A program made the position numbers and the translations under genes. Below are positions 16,471 to 22,318 of a stretch of 24,000 bases of DNA, piece by piece. The stretch is taken from assembly GCF_038070005.1 (NCBI RefSeq), contig NZ_JBBPCO010000008.1, positions 36,777-60,776 on the forward strand. Reading direction: 5' to 3'. Below the pieces are notes generated by a model that made no database searches, was not told the DNA's origin, and saw only the letters and a program-made list of their open reading frames with translations. The stretch is from Thermithiobacillus plumbiphilus (GTDB lineage: Bacteria; Pseudomonadota; Gammaproteobacteria; Acidithiobacillales; Thermithiobacillaceae). The stretch's first letter is position 1, and every line of letters starts with the position of its first letter.

Positions 16471-17017
16471 CTTTCCCGCTCCGATTCCCTTTACCTGGTT
16501 TATCTCAAGCCAATGGATCTGGTTGGCTTCGAGGGCATTGTGGCATCCCCCCCTCTGTCACGATAGATGTCCGCTTGATTGAGTTTAGGATTTGAAGGGA
16601 CGGTTGGAGTGATGAAATGCCCAGCTACAGCGCCGCACTTTTCCGTTTTCCTTCAGGTCAGTGACAAAGGGCAGGCTAGTTAAGTTGTTGGATTCGCTCA
16701 GGTGGCAGAGGGTGGGAATGGTGCCGGTAATCATTGGTATGGCTCCTACGTTGTGGCACGGTAGGCGCTCATCAGATGATGGGCGCCGGGAGCTAGAAAC
16801 CGCACGTAGACGGCGGGCGTATTCCCCCGAAGGGTCTTGTATTGGCCGCACTCCCGACATAAAAGCCGGACAGCCGCGGGACGCACAAGGCGCCATACAG
16901 GCGAAAAAATACCGCGATGCTTTCGGGCGCGGATGCCGCTACGTGAAAGGTGTTTCTAGCACCTGGACGGGTACGGTAAGCCAGCCGCCCTGGCGGCGTC
17001 AAGCGGGTTGCCCGTGC

Positions 17018-17095
17018 TCAGGGTGCCCGTTCCGCTGGCGTCATGGCGCGTTCACCGGAAGGCTTGCGCCCACGCTTTTTCTGCTCGACTGTCAT
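17018..17095 (-). pseudogene. truncated paralogue of the small regulator gene at 19201-19476
   Basis: MTVEQKKRGRKPSGERAMTPAERAP-stop parallels MSKPVEQKNRGRKPSGARAMTPAERAA of the full-length gene. Nucleotide homology spans 17024-17150 vs 19399-19532, including the promoter palindromes. Confidence 0.7.
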
Positions 17096-17295
17096 GGCTA
17101 CCCCTAAATTATATGACTTGTCACAGTTCTAGGAATATGTGACACGTTGCCAAATAACAAGGGGCTGGGGGCATCGGCCACTATGGTATTCTATATAAGA
17201 AAACGTAATTAAATCAGGGGATTGCGCGTAATACCAAAGGCTGATATACCTATTCCACCGGCATCAGCCGGCATAAAAACAGGGAGGCAGTACCC

Positions 17296-17493
17296 ATGCA
17301 ACACGACACAGACACCGCCGCACCCATCCTGCCGGAAGCCGAGTGGATCCTGCACGCGCTCTCGGGCATCCATGGCATTGCCCGCGTGCTGCGCCGGCTG
17401 CATCACGAACTGGAACCCCAGGAGCGCCAGTCCCTGGCCGAGGCGATGGAATGCCTCAGCGACGAGATGCTGGAGAAGGGCGCCGGCGCCTGA
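17296..17493 (+). CDS. hypothetical small protein (65 aa)
   Basis: ATG preceded by a GGGAGG RBS 7 nt upstream. Helical, acidic composition. No recognisable family. Confidence 0.4.
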   Translation: MQHDTDTAAPILPEAEWILHALSGIHGIARVLRRLHHELEPQERQSLAEAMECLSDEMLEKGAGA

Positions 17494-17514
17494 TCGGCGC
17501 GCATGGGGCGGGGA

Positions 17515-17724
17515 TCAGGCAGCGGTGGCGTGCGGCTGGTGGTGCAGGGCCATCAGGTGGCTGGCTGGCACGGCCACTGTAGCATAGGTCCGGCCATCCG
17601 GGTCCGCGAACTCAACCTCATAGACGTCCGGGGCGAGCGATTCGACCAATGTCCCGACCTGTCCCCGCAGTAGATGCCGATCGGGCAGGTCCTCGGTCAA
17701 GGCGACAACATCAAATAGTTTCAT
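17515..17724 (-). CDS. DUF4926-domain protein
   Basis: MKLFDVVALTEDLPDRHLLRGQVGTLVESLAPDVYEVEF.DPDGRTYA fits the DUF4926 pattern. Confidence 0.72.
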   Translation of the reverse strand: MKLFDVVALTEDLPDRHLLRGQVGTLVESLAPDVYEVEFADPDGRTYATVAVPASHLMALHHQPHATAA

Positions 17725-17733
17725 GGCATTCCC

Positions 17734-18066
17734 TCACAACACATAGCAACTTGTCAGGCGCGGGGCATCTTCCCCAGCCCGGATGATCCAGGCGGCGCGC
17801 ACCATTGCATCACGGCCAGCGTGGCGCATCCGGAAGTCCAGTACGAAACGCTGTCCATAGAAATCCGACAAGCCTGGCTGCGCATCGTTCACCCGCGCGG
17901 CATCCAGCAGGGCGTCCCGCAATATCGCTGCATCAGGGGACGCCAATCCCAACGCCGAGCGGAACACACGGGCCTTGTGACGCCCTTCAGGATGCCCATC
18001 ATTCAAACAATAGTCCCGCAACTTGGCGATGTCTACAATCGCCCTCTCTCCATTCGGCAGGATCAC
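17734..18066 (-). CDS. DUF6883-domain protein
   Basis: IVDIAKLRDYCLNDGHPEGRHKARVFRSALGL...RAAWIIRAGEDAPRLTSCYVL fits the DUF6883 pattern. GTG start. Located 10 bp upstream of the DUF4926 gene on the same strand. Confidence 0.68.
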   Translation of the reverse strand: MILPNGERAIVDIAKLRDYCLNDGHPEGRHKARVFRSALGLASPDAAILRDALLDAARVNDAQPGLSDFYGQRFVLDFRMRHAGRDAMVRAAWIIRAGEDAPRLTSCYVL

Positions 18067-18609
18067 GCGTCGGCACCCGCCTGGGCCGCGTTCCTGTCAG
18101 TTGATGCAAGCGGGATTCTCGGCGCACCTCGCAGGCGCTGGGCCAGCCGCGCCGTGCGTAGATGGGTATAACGCGCCAGCATCTGCAGGGTTTCGTGGCC
18201 CGTGATCGTCCGGATCTCCATGATGTCCAAGTCGGTGCGCTCGAAGAGCCTCGACGTGGCCTCATGGCGCAGGTCATGGAAAACCAGGCCCGTCAGTCCG
18301 GCAACGGCGCCATGGGACAGCGGTACAGTCTGGGGATGCCGGTTTTTGGGATCCCGGACGTAAACCGTCCCACCCGCCAGATCCACATCCTCCCAGCGCA
18401 ACTCCGACAGTTCGATCCGGCGCATGTTCGGGCCCGCCCCCTCGGTTTCGCGGGTGCGCAGGTAGGTCGCCACGTCACGGCCGCGGATTGTGCTCAGGGG
18501 GCGCGTGGCAATGGGGTAGTTTTGCAAGGCGCGGATGCGGTTTTTTTCCCGGCGCCGACCGGATGCGCGCTTCCCACTGCAATTCCCCGCGCCAGCGGAT
18601 GCTCGCCAT
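18063..18609 (-). pseudogene. degraded tyrosine recombinase (phage-type integrase) with frameshift and internal deletions
   Basis: N-terminus MASIRWRGELQWEARIR (18609 downward) lies in one frame. LSELRWEDVDL, VFHDLRHEATSRLFE and ITGHETLQMLARYTHL (catalytic R, HxxR, H, Y regions) lie in another. Total ~180 codons vs the usual 330-400. Confidence 0.8.
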
Positions 18610-18717
18610 ACCTACTCCTTGCCCCAAGCCTGTGGAGCAATTGGAGCAAAATTGGAGCAAATATTCAAAGGGGCAAAGAAAAAGGGCCTGGCATTTCAGC
18701 CAAACCCTTGTGTTTAC

Positions 18718-18762
18718 TGGTGGGCCCGCTCGGACTCGAACCGAGGACCAAGGGATTATGAG
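18718..18762 (-). other. 3' fragment of a tRNA with CAT anticodon (Met-type): att-site remnant
   Basis: The reverse complement reads CTCATAA-TCCCT-TGGTC-CTCGG-TTCGAGT-CCGAG-CGGGCCC-A-CCA: anticodon loop, 3' anticodon stem, variable loop, T arm, 3' acceptor and CCA. No matching 5' half (GGGCCCG, AGGGA) lies upstream. Confidence 0.75.
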
Positions 18763-19015
18763 GTCTCAAGCGTAAGTTTCTGCATCATTCCCGCATGTTC
18801 TCAAATCTTTTGTTTTCAAGGAGTTGCGGAGTTCCGTTGTCAGACAGGAGTTCTGCTGAAATCCTCAAAGTTCCGGGCCTATTCGTGCACGATTACACAG
18901 GAATTACACAGACCAGAACCCGGCTTTTCCGGTGGGAAAAGTGATCCAGAGTTGTTTCCGAAAATACCAATTTTCAGAAATTTCTGGAACTTTTGGGATT
19001 TCTTGGGAACTCTTT

Positions 19016-19050
19016 GGACGCTCGCCCAGGGGCAGGCGTCCGATTTTTTA
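19016..19050 (+). terminator. terminator-like hairpin plus T-tract on the plus strand
   Basis: GGACGCTCGCC-cagg-GGCAGGCGTCC (11-bp stem with one mismatch and one G-U) followed by GATTTTTTA. No plus-strand gene is evident upstream. Confidence 0.4.
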
Positions 19051-19200
19051 ATTTCGCGGGTGTAAAAATCTGGTGAGGCGCGCGGTCATGCCGGCATGAA
19101 GTCCTGAAGATTTGATCCCCCCTCCCCAGGTCTGCCCATGCTCAGGGTGTCCAGGTCATCAGTTCAATGGATGCGTCTTCCGGGTGGAGCGTTCCACAGC

Positions 19201-19476
19201 CTAGCTTGTGTGACTTGTCACTGATTTAGCGTAATGCACAAGAGCCTCGTCAATGATCTGTTTTAGTGACTTGTCACTAAACTGTTCTTTGAGGTCCAGC
19301 AGGGCGCCATGGGCATCCCCTGAGAGCATCACGCCGATTTGCTTGCCACTGAACACGCCTGTCGGTTGCTCATATCGACGTTTGAAGCGGCTTGCCGCTG
19401 CCCGTTCCGCTGGCGTCATGGCGCGTGCGCCGGAAGGCTTGCGGCCACGATTTTTCTGCTCGACTGGCTTTGACAT
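19201..19476 (-). CDS. small basic putative DNA-binding regulator of the element (91 aa)
   Basis: Strong RBS (GGGGGAG) 5 nt before ATG 19476. Basic N-terminus KNRGRKPSG (AT-hook-like). Four GTGACTTGTCAC palindromes surround or lie within the gene. A truncated paralogue is at 17018-17095. Confidence 0.6.
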   Translation of the reverse strand: MSKPVEQKNRGRKPSGARAMTPAERAAASRFKRRYEQPTGVFSGKQIGVMLSGDAHGALLDLKEQFSDKSLKQIIDEALVHYAKSVTSHTS

Positions 19477-19503
19477 ATCTCCCCCTAAATTATGTGACTT
19501 GTC

Positions 19504-19541
19504 ACGTTTATAACAATATGTGACTTGTCACTCAATGGCAA
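19504..19541 (-). promoter_or_regulatory. promoter/operator region: two GTGACTTGTCAC palindromes flanking a putative -10
   Basis: The minus strand reads TTGAGT-N17-TATAAA. One palindrome (19530-19541) overlaps the -35/spacer and the other (19504-19515) lies between the -10 and the RBS. Confidence 0.5.
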
Positions 19542-19677
19542 GGCGTCATCCGTGCGTATGACATTGAGGGGATAGGCGGTCCCGCAGTGCTCAGGGTGCC
19601 CAGGCCGCAAGCCCAATATCCGCCTGCATCGATGCCGCCTAGTGGTGGAGCATATGCACTGGCCGGAAAACTGGCGC

Positions 19678-19855
19678 AATCCGCGGCCTCAGTGCCCCGT
19701 GGTGACGTCTATCCCGTCCAGGGTCCCCCTGCTGGCCAGGCTCGCCGCTGCCGTGCAACTTGAAAACAATCAAGTTGGAATCCCGGAATTTAGCCATAAA
19801 CCGCGGCCTTAGTAGCCCCGTGGTGGGTGGGTGCCTATCAGGGTCCCTGGAGCGG
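19678..19855. repeat. pair of ~58-bp imperfect direct repeats flanking an 8-bp-stem inverted repeat
   Basis: Unit 1 at 19678-19735 and unit 2 at 19798-19855 share AAWCCGCGGCCTYAGT.GCCCCGTGGTG...TATC..CAGGGTCCC. CAACTTGA-aaacaa-TCAAGTTG lies between them at 19756-19777. Confidence 0.6.
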
Positions 19856-19908
19856 GTGGCCGTACCACGGGGACGCGATGCCGCGGTTTCCCGGAGATTT
19901 CCGGGCGC

Positions 19909-20271
19909 TTATGGGGTTGTTGTTGAGGGCTGCCGCTGTCCGGCAATCTGTCTGACCCGCTCAGGCGTCAGGCCCAGCAGCCAGGCAATGCGCGACACGG
20001 CCACGCCCAGCTCCAGCAGGTAACAGACCCGCGCCTGCCGGGCATCACTGACAAAGCTCGCGCTCGGTATCCAGAGCGACTGGCCGCCATAGACGCGCAC
20101 CAGCTCCACGAAGGCATCCAGGCCCACCATGCGGGTGATCGCATGGTCCGGGCTGGCCTGGTCGGGTACATACAGGGTGAGTCCGCCCCAGCAGGCCGCC
20201 AGCTTCAGCGCTGCTGGCGTGCCGACGATCTCGGCCAGGGTGGCCAGGGTCAGGTGAGCATAGCGGCTCAT
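19909..20271 (-). CDS. Mor-like transcriptional activator family protein (tentative)
   Basis: VYGGQSLWIPSA...ARQARVCYLLELGVAVSRIAWLLGLTPERVRQI resembles the GG-x-x-YIP motif plus C-terminal HTH of phage Mu Mor-type proteins. Separated from the upstream gene's stop (20274) by only 2 nt. Confidence 0.5.
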   Translation of the reverse strand: MSRYAHLTLATLAEIVGTPAALKLAACWGGLTLYVPDQASPDHAITRMVGLDAFVELVRVYGGQSLWIPSASFVSDARQARVCYLLELGVAVSRIAWLLGLTPERVRQIAGQRQPSTTTP

Positions 20272-20273
20272 GC

Positions 20274-21137
20274 TTAACCGACCTCCGCTGTGATCTGGGC
20301 CAGGGCTGCTGCCTGCTGCTCAGGGCTGGGCGCCAGGGTGTCCGGTGCGCCCGGCAGCTCCGGCATGCTGACATGCAGGGTGCTCGGCAACAGGGGAATG
20401 TTCGAGCGGATGCCGGCTGCCTGGATCAGTGCGCCCAGACGCATCAGCTCCTGTGCCGTGCTGGTATATTCCGCCGCGTACTTCAGCGCCAGACCATGGG
20501 CTGCCGCCGCCTGCATCCGTGCCTGATCCTCGCGGGCCTGGTGCAGCATCTGGTTCAGGGTATCGCGCCGCCGCTCCAGGCCAGCACGCCGGGCCGCTGC
20601 CCGTTCGGCAGCTCGCTCGGCTTGGGCCAGCTGCTCGCGGGCCTTGTCGTACTCGGCTTCCGCCTTGGCCGCTTCGCTCTGCTTCTTGCGCCCCAGGGCC
20701 AGGCCCGCCAGCATATCTTCCAGGGCGTGGCGTGCTTGGGCAAAGCGCCCCTGCTCGGTGCCCTCATCAGGTGCCGTGCTCGACAGCGCCGCTTCGGTCT
20801 GTCTCAGCTCGTTTTCCAGCTGCTGGATATGGCGGCTGGCCGCCTGGAGCATGGCCGCATCAGGGACGGGCCGCTTGTGATAGTCGGCATGACGGGCCTG
20901 CTCCTCGATGCGTGCCGCCTGCTCGCGCAGCGTGGCCATGCGGCTTGCCGCGTCGTCTCGCATGGGTCGCGCGTTGCGCTTGTTTTCATGTTCGGGCATC
21001 TCGCGGATGCTGCTTTCAGTTTCGATATGGATCTGTTGGGCGTCGGCGCGAAGCTGGGAAGCCGTGGCCATGGCGGTCTGCTGGGACTGGGCGAACTGCT
21101 GTTCCTGCTCGACAAAGCGGTCAAAGGGTGTGGACAT
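20274..21137 (-). CDS. hypothetical Ala/Gln/Glu-rich coiled-coil protein (287 aa)
   Basis: ATG 21137 (MSTPFDRF) is preceded by GGAGG. Long heptad-like helical segments. The overlapping plus-strand ORFs (20373-21152 etc.) are mirror-frame artefacts. No recognisable domain. Confidence 0.6.
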   Translation of the reverse strand: MSTPFDRFVEQEQQFAQSQQTAMATASQLRADAQQIHIETESSIREMPEHENKRNARPMRDDAASRMATLREQAARIEEQARHADYHKRPVPDAAMLQAASRHIQQLENELRQTEAALSSTAPDEGTEQGRFAQARHALEDMLAGLALGRKKQSEAAKAEAEYDKAREQLAQAERAAERAAARRAGLERRRDTLNQMLHQAREDQARMQAAAAHGLALKYAAEYTSTAQELMRLGALIQAAGIRSNIPLLPSTLHVSMPELPGAPDTLAPSPEQQAAALAQITAEVG

Positions 21138-21203
21138 AGGGCCTCCGGGTGAGTGAGGCCCCATCTTGGGTGAATTTGCGGGCTATTACCTGTGGGCAGA
21201 TTT

Positions 21204-21524
21204 TCAGTGCAACACTTTGCCTTTGCGTTCCTGCATGGCGTGCGCCTGCCGTTCTCGACTATGTTCCGCGTTGCGCTCGGCAATGCGCTCGGCTTCGATG
21301 GCGTCCAGGATCTCCTTGTCGCGGGTCAGGGCAGCCCGTCCCCAGGCAGTGCCGCGTAATCGCTTTTCGACGTAGCGGGCCACTTCCGACACTTGCCCCC
21401 AGGTCATGCGCGGATGGCGGTCCCAGGCCCTGTCCACGGCACGGTGCAGGAATCGCCCGGCCTGGACGTCCGCCATGATTTCGGAAACCATCTTCTTTTG
21501 TGTCACGGTCATGTGCTGTTTCAT
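21204..21524 (-). CDS. hypothetical protein (106 aa)
   Basis: ATG 21524 (MKQHMTVTQKK) overlaps the stop of the upstream gene as ATGA, which suggests translational coupling. No recognisable domain. Confidence 0.55.
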   Translation of the reverse strand: MKQHMTVTQKKMVSEIMADVQAGRFLHRAVDRAWDRHPRMTWGQVSEVARYVEKRLRGTAWGRAALTRDKEILDAIEAERIAERNAEHSRERQAHAMQERKGKVLH

Positions 21525-22318
21525 CGGGCCTCCCAGGTGGCGCATAGGCGCTTGGCGTTGGGGTATAGGGCTGGCTGGATAGGGTGGCCTGCCGGGTAAC
21601 GCTCTGCTGGTGGCGTGGTGCGTTGATCCTCCTGCATGGCACAAGTGCCGATGCCGCCATGCTCGCCGGCTTGGTAGTGCTGGCAGGTGGCGCAGGTGAC
21701 GTACTCGGTCGCTGGTGGCGTGGTCGGTGCCTCAGCCTCGCTGACCGGGTGCATGGTCGATGCCGGGAACGTCCGCTTGAGCGCCAGCCAATCCCGCGCC
21801 GCCTGCCTGTTGCCTGGTGGGATCAGTCGCAGTTCTCCGGTGGTGAAGAGTGGATAGGCTGCCCAGGCCTCGGGAATTGTCGCCGTGGTACTCGCCCAGA
21901 CCATGTAACCATCATCCACCCGCACCAGCAGCGCCAATCCGCTGGATTCGATGGCAGACAGACGCATGGCTGCCGCGTCTTCGGGTGTCGTTACAGGGAC
22001 GGGTGCGGGTACAGGGTCATTGCTATTCCCGCTACTTTCGCTACTCGGGTGCTCAGGAGTAGCAGGAATAGCAGCCGCAACAGGCGCAACTTTTGCGGGT
22101 GTTTTTTCGGGGTCGAGTTGCGCCTTGTTTTGGCCTGAGTTGCAGGCCGGTTGCGCCTTCGGTTGCGCTTTGTTTCCCTGCAAAGCCAGACGGGCCAAGG
22201 CTTTGAGGCTGGCGGTTGCGCTTTGGGTTGCGGCCACGGTTGCGCCGCTCTGGTGAAAAGTTGCGGGTTGCGTCTCTATAGGGTGTGCAACGCGCAACTT
22301 TTGTGGATCAGTCTGCAT
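21521..22318 (-). CDS. hypothetical protein with low-complexity Ala/Pro/Gln N-terminal half and Cys-rich C-terminal domain
   Basis: ATG 22318 (MQTDPQKL). KAQPKAQP-type repeats. C-terminal CATCQHY...GIGTCA...RLCATWE is a four-Cys putative zinc-binding module. The alternative start at 22462 would overlap the upstream gene by 155 nt. Confidence 0.55.
   Translation of the reverse strand: MQTDPQKLRVAHPIETQPATFHQSGATVAATQSATASLKALARLALQGNKAQPKAQPACNSGQNKAQLDPEKTPAKVAPVAAAIPATPEHPSSESSGNSNDPVPAPVPVTTPEDAAAMRLSAIESSGLALLVRVDDGYMVWASTTATIPEAWAAYPLFTTGELRLIPPGNRQAARDWLALKRTFPASTMHPVSEAEAPTTPPATEYVTCATCQHYQAGEHGGIGTCAMQEDQRTTPPAERYPAGHPIQPALYPNAKRLCATWEAR
22076..22298. repeat. cluster of GTTGCG/CGCAAC hexamer repeats (iteron-like) inside the 21521-22318 CDS
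   Basis: Eight exact GTTGCG (22117, 22150, 22162, 22215, 22227, 22239, 22260, 22267) plus one GTTGCA, and three exact inverted CGCAAC (22076, 22085, 22293). Several are spaced 12 bp apart. Confidence 0.6.

Larger units (their letters stand above)
15131..18717. mobile_element. decayed remnant of an older integrated element (left limit uncertain)
   Basis: The integrase pseudogene starts 108 bp from the tRNA fragment. The segment also holds a truncated paralogue of the neighbouring element's regulator, TA-type gene pairs, an orphan regulator and a gene-free stretch. It starts right after tRNA-Arg and its terminator. Confidence 0.45.

Noticed and set aside
16471-17017. Possible group II intron or retron ncRNA
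   Set aside because: There is no reverse-transcriptase ORF anywhere in the window. I could find no canonical GUGYG 5' end, no domain V hairpin, and no msr/msd-type long terminal inverted repeats. It is kept only as an unexplained non-coding stretch.
16585-17107. ORFs 16585-16896 (minus), 16661-17107 (plus) and 16793-17002 (minus)
   Set aside because: They mutually overlap, are Arg/Pro/Gly-rich, lack RBSs and have no family resemblance. The 3' end of the plus ORF is simply the antisense of the truncated regulator gene.
18535-19065. 176-aa plus-strand ORF spanning the integrase N-terminus, the tRNA fragment and the AT-rich arm
   Set aside because: It crosses three unrelated sequence types, starts at a non-ATG codon (the track's M is forced), and has odd composition (Phe/Ser/Cys/Pro). 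The stretch is better explained as non-coding att-arm DNA.
20373-21152. Plus-strand ORFs 20373-21152, 20429-21139 and others opposite the coiled-coil gene; also 21584-22138 and 22440-22811 plus
   Set aside because: All other genes of the element are on the minus strand with coupled starts and good RBSs. These plus-strand ORFs are Arg/Pro/Gly/Leu-rich mirror frames without start context.
19201-22300. CRISPR array among the short repeats
   Set aside because: The repeats (12-bp palindromes, 6-bp GTTGCG units, one pair of 58-bp repeats) lack the regular 28-37-bp repeat/spacer periodicity. No cas genes are present.
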